This document shows positions 50,035 through 63,125 of a stretch of 64,000 nucleotides of DNA, piece by piece; position 1 is the first letter of the stretch; every line of letters begins with the position of its first letter. The notes beneath the pieces were generated by a model. It did not search any database and was not told the DNA's origin. It worked only from the letters and a program-made list of their open reading frames with translations. Source of the stretch: Octopus sinensis (taxonomy: Eukaryota). A program made the translations under genes and the position numbers. The stretch is taken from NCBI RefSeq assembly GCF_006345805.1, contig NC_043000.1, forward strand, positions 92,504,001-92,568,000, written 5' to 3'.

Positions 50035-50564
50035 ATAATAAATAAATGCATCCTTTTAACACCTAGGCAGGCTCATGGGCCTGGTTTCCCAGTTTCTATG
50101 GTGCATGTGTTCCCCAGCTGGACGGGACGCCAGTCCATTGCAGCATTACTCATTTTTGTCAGCTGAGTGGACTGGAGCAACATGAAATGAAGTGTTTTGC
50201 TCAAGAATACAATGCGTCACCCGGTCCAGGAATCGAAACCACAATCTTACAGTCATGGTGCTGACACCCTAACCACTAATCCACACACACACATATATAT
50301 ATATATATGCACACAAACTCTTAAAAGTCAGGAATTATGAGCGGTAAATGCATTTATTTAGCCATTTGTTATCCTTAAGTTTACACCTGCTTTACAGCTA
50401 TTTTCACATAATAACTTCATTCTATAATATAATAAGTAATTTTACATCTCAGCATTAATATCCATATACTGTACAATTGTAGATTTACAAATTAATGCTA
50501 CCACATGATTCTCTGAATCCATATATTTCACTACAAATTTATATATATATATATATATATATTA

Positions 50565-51005
50565 CAGTTGGGTAGACTGGTTTATGGAGTTACCCTGGGT
50601 TTCTCACTCATAAAGAGTTTAGCCTTACTGTGTATCTTCAGACCCCAAATCCTGCTGGCCTGAGACCTTCAAAATATGGAGTAGTGAAAGCCTTCTTTTA
50701 ATGGTAATACAGTAGATGATTATCTCTCTTTGCCATTGCTCATCAATCTTTGGTCGCGCTGGCGTTTTGGAATCCATAGGGCAGCGATACAGCCAGATAC
50801 CAGTAGCCATGGCCGAATGGAGACAATCATCGATGGCCAATCTTATAGGGAGATAATCACCTAGGGTTTTACCTTTAAAATGAGGCTTTCCCTGCTCCAT
50901 ATTTTGAAGAGGTCTCAGGCCAGCAGGGTTTGGGGTCTGAAGATATGCCATAAGGCATATTAGTGAGAAATCAAGGGTAAGCCCATAAACCAGCCTATTC
51001 CACTG
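50565..51005. mobile_element. TA-flanked MITE with ~140-bp TIRs and a GC-richer core
   Basis: ta|cagt...actg|ta. 50565-50706 is the near reverse complement of 50870-51005. A solo arm fragment lies at 54925-55035. Confidence 0.8.
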
Positions 51006-51067
51006 TAATATTAACTGCTCTACATCTTAGAGTGTGTTTGCCCTCCAGATTTATGAATTTCTACAAA

Positions 51068-51116
<49 letters not shown>

Positions 51117-51137
51117 CATATATATATATATATATAT

Positions 51138-54100
51138 CAGTGGCTTGCAGTGACTTCTGAGTTTGGTCATGCAATAAATACTTATTGGTTGAGCCAAATT
51201 ACTTTGAAATTATTTAACTAATGATGAAAGAAAATTTGAAAGAATGTAGAAGAAAATTATTTATATGAAATGTTTTATACATAAACACAAACACACACAT
51301 CTTTCAATGTGTATGTGTGTTTATATTTATGTGGATATGTTTCAATGTGTGTGTGTGCATCATTGTCTATCAATTTACTGAGTTCAGTAAGTATCAGAAC
51401 AGGCTGCTTGAGTGAGTGTCAATTAGTTTCCGGAAATTGGTGAGCGACTTGATAAAGCAGGTAATTTGTCTTTGACAATTTTATAGTCTAAAACGAAAGA
51501 ATGCCCTTTAATACATTTAAATTTCTTTAAAAATTTTTGAAAATGTTATTTACTTACCTCATTTATAAATCAATTCAATTCTTCAATCTTTCTGGACAAA
51601 TATCACATTTTCATAGAAATCCTCTCTTATCAATTGTTGTAATAAATCTTTTTCAATTGACATTAGTGCTAACCGAGACAGTCTCTTTTCTCCTGAGGCA
51701 TTTCTTTGGAACGTTTTGATTCTAGTCAATGTAGTAAAGGATCACTCTACAGAAGCATTTGTAGACGGAATTGTCAAAATCAACTTGCAAAGACTGAAGA
51801 GCTCTGGTATAGCTTCATAAGATCACTGATGTAAATAAAACTCATTAAATGACTTACACTTCTCTTTTTAAAATCTTTTATTGAATACATCACATTGAGC
51901 TCACTTTGTAATCGAATTCCATCAAAAAGTCTGCCATAAGTGTTTTTTAAAGAATCTAAAAAATTCACAGGAAATCGTTTGCATTAGTCATCAACTTTGC
52001 TGAAATTCAAAAGTTCTGTGAATTTAAACTCTTCTAAGGATGAATATTGTGCTTTTATTTGGTCAACCATTGTGCCAATAATTTTGTTATAAGGCATTCT
52101 ATAATGTTGAGGATCAATAGATATATTCCTGGATCTCTGAATTCCGATTGCTGCATCGATTTCATATTTTTCCCTAAGATATCATAAAACATTGAAGAGT
52201 TTGTTTTTGAGTACCATTCTAGTTTTATCTATTTGCTCTTTACAATACATTATGTGATGCCTTTTATTCAGGAGGATGTTAAATAAGACATCAGTAAAAG
52301 AAATCATGTCACTGAGTAATTCTAATAAAAATAAGAAATCAGGAGTTTTTAAAGTATGTAAGAATCCAATTGCTGAATTTATGGTGGCATCATCCCATGC
52401 TTCAGGATTTTCATCAATGTCTTCACAAGGGCTAATTATGAACTTATAATTTTCTTTTGGGGTAATAATAAGACATGAGGAGTAGTTCCATCTAGATACT
52501 GTTGCTTTCGGAAATATTTTTGGAACAATGTTATGTAATGCATTAACACTTTTCGCTGATTTCATAAAAAAAGGTACCCTTTTTTAATTCTTTTATTCTT
52601 TTATTTGTTTCAGTCATTTGACTGTGGCCATGCTGGAGCACCGCCTATAGTCAAACAAATTGACCCCAGGACTTATTCTTTGTAAGCTTAGTACTTATTC
52701 TATCGGTCTCTCTTGTCACTAAGTGACGGGGACGTAAATACACCAGCATTGGTTGTCAAGCGATGTTAAGTGGGGAGGGGGCAAGCACAGACACACAAAC
52801 ATATACATACATATATATATATATATACATACATACATATATATATATACATATATACGACAGGCTCCTTTCAATTTCTGTCTACCAAATCCACTCACAA
52901 GGCTTTGGTCGGCCCGAGGCTATAGTAGAAGACACTTGCCCAAGTTGCTATGCAGTGAGACTGAACCTGGAAACATGTGGTTGGTAAACAGGCTACTTAC
53001 CACGCAGCCACTCCTGCACCTATCCATTTATTGTAGAAAAAATATCTTGCATTCTTTTAGAGCAGAAAATAATTGTGAAAGAACTAAATTTAGGATATGA
53101 TCACAACAATGAATAAAGATCACACATTCATATTTTCTTTCTTACTTCTGACTGTAACCCATTTAATTGTCCTGCCATTGTAGTGGCACAACATAGGTTT
53201 GTGCAATCAATTTGTTTTCACATTTTTACATTTCAATACATTTAAAAACATGTTCAGATAAAACATTTGCAGATCGATCTGCACTAACATCATTAAAACC
53301 AATAAATCGTTCTTTTGTAACATAATATGTTGTAGCATAAACATAAAACAGTTGACAGTTGTGAATATGCTGATACATCTGATGTTTCATCATTGAGAGT
53401 AGCGACGGATTCAGCCTGATTAAGTTAATTTTGTATTTTATTCAATATAACTTTTTGAATTGCATCAATCAAATCATTTTGAATTTTGTTGAGAGACCGG
53501 AGAAGATAGAAGCTGTACCTAGATGGCTTGCCAATTTTTCATCATATTTACTGATTAAATATAAGAGTTCTTTATAATTTCCACAATTATTAGATTCTTC
53601 AGATTTAAAATGACCCTGAAATGATAATCCCTGACAACCTAAAAATATAACTACATCAAGAAATTGTTGAAGAATGGATCTGTTTTGTCTAACTTTCTCA
53701 TTATGATGTTGTATGCTCTGTTTTTTACATTCATCTAATTGTAAGTCTATGTGAACATTCCTGAATGTATTAAGATCTATCAATAATTTTATATGCCTTT
53801 CAGAACATGCATGTTTTAGCATAGCCATATATAAATTATTTAAATCATCATGACTGTTATCATTCCAAACAGTTTTTCTAGACCAAACAATACACATGGC
53901 CAGCAGAATAACTTATTATGTGGAGTACTACCAGTTAGACATTTTTTCTTTTCATAGAAATTAACCTGAAATTGTCTCATGAATTTCTCGTAGCTTCGCA
54001 AATCAGGTAATTTCTGTGTTGGTCAACTACCATTTATAATTAATTGTTTCCCTTCAAAGTATTTTTTTGAAAAATTATTTTTCAAAATTTCTTCTATAAC

Positions 54101-54913
54101 ACACATTTCAGTCATTTGGACAAATATTTTGAAAATCCTAAAGAGATCTTATGAGAGTAATAGTGCACCTGTGTGTGAGTGGGCGTGTGAATTGCAAATC
54201 AGTTTCAACGAAACGGAAAGATAATTTTAGTAAATCAATGAAAGATTAATTAGCTATATTATATTTCTGATTTATGAATTTTTAAAAATTTGTTCAGTAC
54301 AGTGGATGGTTAATGATAATAATTTCAAAACTTACGACAGAGGTAAATAGATATTCCAAAGTCACAGCAGCATTTAAGCTGACTAATTAAGAATTATGGG
54401 ACTGTTGATATGTTTTGGTTAGAATTTTTACGGGTCAAAAAGTCAAACCCATTCAACCATTTAGTCTGTTGTGTTAGCGACATCAGTTACAAAGAATTGT
54501 TGAGACCTGATTGGAAAGGAAGGAAAAGCCAAAGCTGTAACATTCATTTTTCTCAAAACAATGCCTTCTGTAGTTATTTTATTGAGATAAAAAAGAATCT
54601 TACAGGCTTTGACTTTACAGATAGGCAGGAGAGAAATGATAGTTCTTGAAAGATAAGAAGGGGAGGACAAAATATTTCATATGTGATTTTCTTTAAGCAT
54701 GTCTACAGGAAGTAGAATGGGAATACAGCAAAGTATCGAATCTGGATGGGTTTCCTTCGAAACAAAGTAACTATTTTAGCTCAATTTCCAATGATTTGGA
54801 CAACTTTTCAATGTGGTTATAAATACATTATGTTCTTAAATTAATTTTTGAGTTATATAAAAACTAAACGGGCATGCATTGCATGACTTGCATGCCTCAA
54901 CTGCATGCCCCTG
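51138..54913 (-). mobile_element. Decayed hAT transposon (ZMYM1/DUF4371-like transposase), interrupted by a family B SINE at 52580-53020
   Basis: Termini cagtggcttgcagt / actgcatgcccctg with 8-bp flanks atatatat / gtatatat. Minus-strand fragments LSFQGHFKSEESNNCGNYKELL, LNDETSD, FIHCCDH and TVSRWN are hAT transposase motifs. Confidence 0.85.
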
Positions 54914-55399
54914 GTATATATATACATACCTTTAAAATGAGGCTTTCCTCTCTCCATATTTTGAAGAGATCTCAGGCCAGCAGGGTTAGGGGTCTGAAGA
55001 TATGCCATAAGGCTAAACCCCTTATTAGTGAGAAACCAAATGTAAGCATATATATCCTGATCATCATTATTCAAATACTATTTCATACTTGTATGGCATG
55101 GGTCAGACAGAATTTGTTCCCTTTGTTCATGTTTGGATTAACTATATATATATAGAATGGTGGTACAACAATGTACCAATATTTACTGGAAATAGTAGTC
55201 AATAATATACACCACTATAATAAAGCTTCACTGTGTATAATGGCAAAGATGGTGATACACATGCAGTCAAAAATAGACCTTAATATCAGTGGCTATCATG
55301 CATAAAAGAACTCTACAGGCAAGTTTATTAATTAATAATGAAGAGTACTACTTGTAGCACCAGTATGCTAAAAATAGCTGTCAAAACGACTCAAGACCT

Positions 55400-55510
55400 G
55401 TTTTCACTTGTACACAAGGGCGAAATTGAGGGACTGAGCAGTAAATGATACAAGGTCTTAAAATTTTACTGCTTGTTCCCTTGATTTCGCCCTTTTGTAC
55501 AAGTGAAAAC
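55400..55510. other. 111-nt hairpin with 47-bp arms and a 17-nt loop
   Basis: 55400-55446 pairs with 55464-55510 with 7 differences, 4 of which are G-U wobbles in + strand RNA. Confidence 0.85.
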
Positions 55511-55574
55511 TGTGATTTAGATGCATTTCGACTGCTATTTTCAGCAAATAGTACCCTTCATTATTACATATATA

Positions 55575-56090
55575 TATAATGTTTGTACGGCCACACTTCG
55601 AATACTGCTGCCCCTTGTGGTCTCCCCATACAAAACAAAATATCTTGCCCCAGAAGGCACGCACTAAATGAATTGAAGGCATGACTGATCTCTATTACTG
55701 GGACCACCTTAAAATCTTGAAACTCTACTCTCTCTAGCGCTGACATGAGTGGTACATCATTTGTTCAACGTGGAGAATATACCACCAGCATTGCCCAAAT
55801 GACCTGAACATTAGTTTAAAAGTTCATCCAAGGCTGGGACCACGGGCCATACGTCCCCTGCCTAATTCAAGATCACAACATATAGATACACTGTGACATA
55901 ATTTCTTTTCCTCAACAAGCCGTGCCCTGTTTAACATTGTCCCAAAACTGATTAGAAAGGAAAAGGATCCCTTCGCATTTAAACAGGGTCTGGACAGATT
56001 TCTTCTAGGAATACCAGATAACCCACCCATACCTGGATACAACTCACTCATCAAGAACTCACTACTTGAATGGACCATAAACAAAACTTG
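55575..56090 (+). mobile_element. CR1/L2-group LINE 3' fragment
   Basis: + frame VRPHFEYCCPLWSP...LKILKLYSL*R*HEWYII...FKQGLDRFL matches the post-RT region of CR1/L2-type LINEs and contains stops. Confidence 0.8.
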
Positions 56091-57106
56091 GCTTAAAAAA
56101 GATTTAGATAATCCTATCAGGTGGTGCTATTAAGTTAGACATGGTCTGGACCAATCTTTGGTCGAAACATATCTAAGTTTTATATACACACACACACATA
56201 CACACATTTATATACACACTGATGTATATATATATGTGTGTGTGATGAACCTGTAGTATTGCATAAGATCCGAGGCAAGGCAAAGAAAAAGTCACTTTTT
56301 TAAACCTCTACACATCTGCCAGTATTTATTATAAACCAATTTTAAATAGCTGACTGCACTTTAACACTAAAATCACTGTTTAAATCTACATAAGAGTTAT
56401 GCAGTAAAATTCAAATTAATGAGCAAATTGCTGTCAAAAAACTTACTAGAAAAATAGATAGAGAGAAAGATAAATAGGTAAGTAGACAAATATAGATAAA
56501 TGAAAACAAATAGTAAAAAAATATAAAATACAAAAACAAAACACTGATAACAGCGTTAACAACAAAAATGGTAGCAGGAAAATAAAAATAAAAAACAAAC
56601 AAGAAAAAATACCTTAAATTTACAACAAAGTTATCAGAGTTTAAATTGCTATGGTTATTGATACTGAAATTATATAACAAAAAAATAAATAAATAAATAT
56701 AAGAAAAACAGTTAAATGTAAATAAAATATGAAAAATAAATAAGGAAACAAGAAATCAGTCACTAAAAACTATTATGCAAAGAAAGCTAAATACCCCCAA
56801 AATAAACTGTAAAAGTAAGGACCCCTCCTCCCTCATCTCCTCTTTATGGCCACTCATGTAAGAGTGAAAATAATAAATAAAAGTTGAAAATTATATTTTG
56901 AAAATTTTAAAGACAGAAAAAAAAAAATAAGCAAAAAAAAAGAGAATAATCTTGTAGAAAAACAATTACCTTTAATATTCTTAGTGACGTGATTTCATAA
57001 ACAAGAAAGAACGAACGTTTGCAATTTAACTGGTATTCCTGGTGTAGCCTACATAGAAATACTGCATTATAGAGTGAAAGAAAGAAATAGAGTGAGTGGA
57101 AGTTTT

Positions 57107-57139
<33 letters not shown>

Positions 57140-57220
57140 TACATATATATATACATATATATATTTACATATATATATACATATATATACATATATATAT
57201 ACATATATATACATATATAC

Positions 57221-57253
<33 letters not shown>

Positions 57254-58029
57254 ATATATATATATATATATACATACATATATATATATATATAATATAT
57301 ATATATATATAATATATATATATAATATATATATATATATATACGTATATATATATGTGTGTGTCAATACAGCCAATGCATACATGCATGCATGCATACA
57401 CACATATGAAAGCTGTGTTTAATTTCTAGAAGCAACTAGCCTGCAGTCCATTGTAGCTTCAATTGGTAAAGATGAAATCTCATTAAACAGATATATGGTT
57501 AGAATTAATGATATAAAAATTGAGTTGAACCCAAGGATATTGAATTTCAGATCATAATCATAGCTGAAATAGACTTAGAATGATTCTTGTAACAGTCTGG
57601 CTTCTTTAATCAAACATGTATAATAAATAGTTAACAATATGTAATAGTTACATGTTGTCAGTGTATTATAGATCCACACATATTTGACACAACATGAGAT
57701 GGGGGATGCAAAAATCCTGACTAAAGGCAAGAAAGAAACAAAAAAAATACCAAACAAATAAACAAAAAAAAACAGGAATAAGATAACACCAAAAATAAAT
57801 GTAAAAGAAAAATAGAAACAGTAATAAGAACAATAATATTGATAGTGATAATAAATTTTATTTTCAATTAAACCAGAAAAAGCAACACAAAAATTAGAAA
57901 AATTACAAAGAATCAAAGAATAGCAGGTTGTCATGGATAGAATATGTATCCTTGTGTGTATGTGTATACATGTGCATTTGTAAATGTATACACATTCAGG
58001 TATACATATGTATATACTAGATATGTATA

Positions 58030-58451
58030 TGAGGCAGGGTCTGAAAAGTTCCTGGCTTTGGGTGAAAGAAAATATAAGAGGATCAGTTAATTGTGATTTT
58101 ATTCAACATATTCCTGTCTCAGATTTACGCACTTATTGCAGTGGTCCTTTAGCTTTTCTAAGCCCTGTAAAATAATTTAGAAGGTTGGGCATCTAACCAG
58201 GCCATTTGCAATACCCTTAAAGCCAGGAACTACACGAGTGGTGCTAAAAAGTTCCTGGCTTTGGGTAAAAGAAAATATAAGAGGATCAGTTAATTATGAT
58301 TTTATTCAACATATTCCCCTCTCAGATTCATTCACTTATTGCAGTGGTCCTTCATTTTTTTCTAAGCCTTGTAAAAGAATTTAGAAGGTTTGGCCTGTAA
58401 CCAAGCCTTTCCCAATACCCTTAAAGCCAGAAACTTTTCAGCACCCCCTCA
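58030..58451. mobile_element. Two tandem mariner-type MITEs (58030-58231 right-truncated, 58234-58451 complete)
   Basis: TIR-like ..gctgaaaagttcctggcttt / aaagcca.aacttttcagcaccccctc, with TA at 58028-29 and 58452-53. The internal ~200 bp is duplicated. Confidence 0.85.
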
Positions 58452-58479
58452 TATATATATTTTTTTACATACATACTAT

Positions 58480-58600
58480 ATATTTTTTATTGATATTTAG
58501 AAGAAGCAACAATGAGTCAAGTTTGATAAGTGCTAATGCCTGAAACTCACAGCCCTTGAGACCCTCTCTGTTGCTTCTGTTAAATATTAATAAAAAGTAT
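58480..58600. repeat. Fold-back element with 32-bp arms and a decayed hammerhead in the loop
   Basis: 58480-58511 is the near reverse complement of 58569-58600. The loop reads TCAAG T TTGATAA GTGC TAAT GCCT GAAAC TCACA GC C CTTGA. Confidence 0.7.
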
Positions 58601-61479
58601 ATATATACTCATGTTTTGAGTTCTATTTTTCCTATGTTTATACTACTTATCTACAGGAAGAGAGCATGAATGGTTACTAAAAGTTTTAAAGTCACTCTTA
58701 TGCATACAGGGTTTTTCACTTAATTTTTTACCCAGCATAGTTGGCTTGTATGTCTGCATCATTCAATGTATGAACAACTTAGGCTACAAAAGAAAGTAGT
58801 CCCTACTTCTGTTTGCGTTATGAATATTGTGAAACCAGTCATATCCAACCTATCACACATACCCTTCAATGTCATTTTAAAAATATACAATCACTTCCAA
58901 ATTTCAAAGCTATGAGATAATACATGCTTAGTTAAAAGCAATGTGAATGAAAAAGCTTGACATTTGACAGAATAACCTGACTGCTAAAGAGTTAAAACGT
59001 TTTGCTTCGCAACTTAACCTTAAATTTGATAAAGTCCTTGTGACAAACACTGAAAGATTTACCTCCTAGTGTAACTTTATCTGTTGAATTACAATTAAAA
59101 CATTCAAAAAATATATAAAGAATTAAGAATAAATGTTGCAGAAATCCAATTTGGATAGATCATCTCCAGCATTGTCATTATTATCGTTGTCGTCGTCACC
59201 ACCACCACCATTTTTTAATATCTAGCTTCCATTCTGGTATTAATTGGATAAGTTACCAGGATCCAGATAGGTCTGAGAAATACATCACACTCCAGTGTAT
59301 CCTTTGTCATGGTTTCTATTGCTGGATGCCCTTCCTTATGCCAACTACTATACTGACTGTGCTGGGTGCTTTTTCATGGCACCAGCATTAATGTAATGAA
59401 GTCACCATACAGTTTGCAGGACTGAGATACCCTTCAGTTGAGCGGGTCTGTAGTAAAGATGGAGGTGGCTTCATGCTAGGAGTCGAGAGTTTCAAGCATG
59501 AAATAATGACCTTCATCTGGTTTTTTGCAACATGGCATAATCTTTGATAATAGAGAAACTGCATGGCATAGTGTTTGATAATAGAATTTTAGGTTGGAGA
59601 GGAAATAAGTGAAAAATAAGAATGAAGAAAACTCAAAAGAGTGGTAAAAAAACACTAGAGGAAAGCAAGAAATAAATATGATACAAACAAGAAAATATTT
59701 TTTCAAACCCATGATTGCAGTTAGAACAGCAGAAAGATTTTTGCTGTTCTAATGGCAATGCTGCATTCAAAAAAATATCTTCTCCTTGTTTGTATTGTAC
59801 AATATACAATTTGATGCTTCTAATAAAACAAATGTTAGTTTGTTTATATTTATACATACAAGAAATAATTATTTTTGTCCTAAACTTAACTCAAAAGGCT
59901 GCATTTAAGTATTCATCTCCTAGATCTATACAAAAACACTGTTTCATTTAGAGTGGCTGTAATCAGTTTCATATGACTTACATATTGGCATGTCTGCAAT
60001 CATCGCCAGTTTTCAATTTTACATCTAAATATATCCCTATTTCTCCCATATTAGTCTCTTTTTTTGTTGTGTAATGGCATGTATTTACACTTGATATATT
60101 TACACAATGATACTCCTGCAGATGTTGGTTCACAGTTTTCACTTTCAATGACCAGCTTTGCTACATTTCATTTCTCAATCTTACTGAAGGAAGAGATGTA
60201 CTTGTAAAAGACGTTTGAATGACCCTTCTGATATGCCAATAAACCAGATTAGGTTTTTATATTAACATTACTTACTTAGATTTTAACAGCTAAAGGAGGA
60301 TGGTATGAGAATATGTTTATGCAACTAAAGTCTGCATTGGGTTTTCTAAGGATTTAATTAGGCTTGTATTTAATGTGACATTCAGAAAATAAACTATTAA
60401 GTTATTTTCTATGGAAATTTTAAGAACAACAGACCTTAATATTTCTATTCAATCATTCTGTAGCCTACCTAAAGTGTGGCTATTTTCTTTATTAGAGATA
60501 GAGGATGCATCATCTTTGTACACACAAGAAAACATCAATTTTTCTTCTGATTTATTTTTCCTTTGTGAGTTTTCCTTTCAAATTTTCATTTTTCTTCCTT
60601 TCAAGACTACTCTTTTCTCACTCTTTATCTAGAAATATTCATAATCTTTAATATTTATGACATTCTTCATACATACATATATACATGCATACATACATGC
60701 ATGCATACATACATACATACATACATACATACATACATACATACATACATACATACAAGCACATATGCACATATATGTATTTATACATATATGTGCACAT
60801 ATATGGGAAGTCACGTCTTGTCCATACCTTCAAAACGTGGAGTAAATGAAACAGGGACAACTGAAGAAGAGGAATATTCCTTGTGTTGCATGTCTTGTAC
60901 CCTGTTTTTTCGTTGTTTGAAAAAAAGTTCGTTTCCATGTTTTTGTTTTTATGTTTTCTTTTCTCATTGTGTTCAACGTTTTTTTTATGTCCTGTACCCA
61001 TATATGCATGTATATATACATATAAATGTAGGTATGTACATATATGTATGTATATATGCATATATATATATTATTTATATTATTATATGATCGAACACCA
61101 CACATCCTTTTCAATACAAGCATACATACATACATATATATGTGTGTGTGTGTGAGTGTGTATGAGTGTATGTGAATGTATGTGTGTATGTATGCATGCA
61201 CGTGTGTGCGTGTGTGTGTAAATATATTTGTAAATCAGAGCATCAAGAATGTTCAGAACTGATATGAATACAGAAACTACTTCCTTAGTACCCAAAATAT
61301 TTTTTACACATATGGTGAAGCAGAAGTTCAAGTCTAATAAAAACGAACTTCCCCACATTGCATGCATCTGAGTGGTTTCAAAACTTTTGACAGTCACCCC
61401 TCGCAGTGACATCTCCCTAGTCCATTAACTCAGATAGGGACAAATCTTTCCCAAATTGACAAGACCTACATTAGTGATG

Positions 61480-61660
61480 TACAATTATTGTGATGATGAC
61501 TGTACCTAAGCTACCACCACCACACTGGATAGGTTCATCTCCCATTGACTCTTTTCTCTCCAGTTTTAAATTTACATTTACTCTATCCATTGCCTCCATT
61601 AATTTTCTTGACATTTCTATCAGTATCAACAATATCCACCTGTTGACCTCCATCATGCAA
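61480..61660 (+). mobile_element. Penelope-like element reverse transcriptase remnant
   Basis: YCDDDC.ATTTTLDRFI / DSFLSSFKFTFTLSIASINFLDISISINNIHLLTSI matches the PLE RT pattern YIDDC..AT..L..FI..NSF..KFT..IS..S..FLDI.ISI..L.TS. Confidence 0.7.
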
Positions 61661-61807
61661 TATATTGCTGCTTATGACACATAACTGATTAGGATATTAC
61701 CATTCGTTTCACACCAACTGCACCTAAGTAATATTGCCTAGATGCAATCGTCAACATGAAACCAACAATAATATTCTGTCGAATTATATGTCATAAACAG
61801 TAATATA

Positions 61808-61845
<38 letters not shown>

Positions 61846-62074
61846 TCATCATCATCATTTAGCATCCGTTTTCCATATATATATATATATATTATATATA
61901 TATATACCAGAGTAAACACATAAATGTGAAACAAGGTGGAAAAAAAATAGTACTCAAATACCAGGGGTTGAGTAATATGCTTTATTTAAAAGCAGCAGAA
62001 ATTCAACAAAACCTGTTACTCGGAGTTTCACATATGTATATGTATATATATGTGTGTGTATGTATATATATATA

Positions 62075-62108
<34 letters not shown>

Positions 62109-62499
62109 AATACACACAGATACACACATATATACATACACACATACATATGTGTGTGTAAGTGTGTATGGATGGATGGATGTATACATGAACACAGAAT
62201 CAAGTCACAATTATTCAAACAAGAATGCCCAGTGAACAATTTGTTTTAGATAAATGATCAGATCATAAACAAAGGAAGACAGATTGAAAATAATTATATA
62301 TTTTTTAAAAATTCCATAAATGACTAAATAATCGGTAAGTATGCATAGAGAGAACTGAATGTTATTTCGCTGACAAAATGTTTTTTAATCTTATCCAATC
62401 TTTGATGTCTTTTCATTCACTATGCTGCAACATCTTTTTATCTGTCAAAATTTCAATGATGTTTGCTTTCCTTTCACTGTTAAGTTAAAGCATCACAAA

Positions 62500-62530
<31 letters not shown>

Positions 62531-62811
62531 AAATCATGTTCTTGAAATAAGGTAGTAGACAGATAAAGACACTATTGACTTCGCGCATGTTTTTAAACCA
62601 CTTTGAATATGTTATTCATTTTTATGAATTGCAATTATTCTAACACTGCTTAAATCAACCTAGCAGACAGAATGATGAGCAAAGTTTTGCATAGCTGTAA
62701 GCAAAAGATATGATAGTTATATCGCTGTCAGTAACACATCTTTCATGTAATTTACTTATATGTCGTTCAGTAAACTGAATTAACTTTTGATCGTTATAAA
62801 TATAAGGCACA

Positions 62812-63125
62812 TGGAGGCGCAATGGCCAAGTGGTTAGGGCAGTGGACTCGTGGTCGGAGGATCGTGGTTTCAATTCCCAGACCGGGCATTGTGTGTGTTT
62901 ATTGAGCAAAAACACCTAGAAAAGCTCCACAAGGCTCCAGCAGGGGGTGGTAGTGACCCATGTTATACTCTTTCACCACAACTTTCTCTCACTCTCTCTT
63001 CTTGTTTCTTGAGTAACGTTGCAATGGACTGGCGTCCTGTCCAGCTGGGGGGAACACATATGCCACAGAAACTGGGAAATCAGGAAACGAGCCCATGAGT
63101 CTGGCTAGGCTTGAAAAGGGTGACG
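62812..63125 (+). mobile_element. tRNA-derived SINE, family C (full length)
   Basis: ggaggcgcaatggccaagtggttagggcag (box A-like) ... ggtttcaattccc (box B-like), with a body shared with other family C copies. Confidence 0.85.

Noticed and set aside
60866-60900. CTGAAGA followed by the palindrome AGGAATATTCCT
   Set aside because: No GAAA box follows, so it is not a complete hammerhead.
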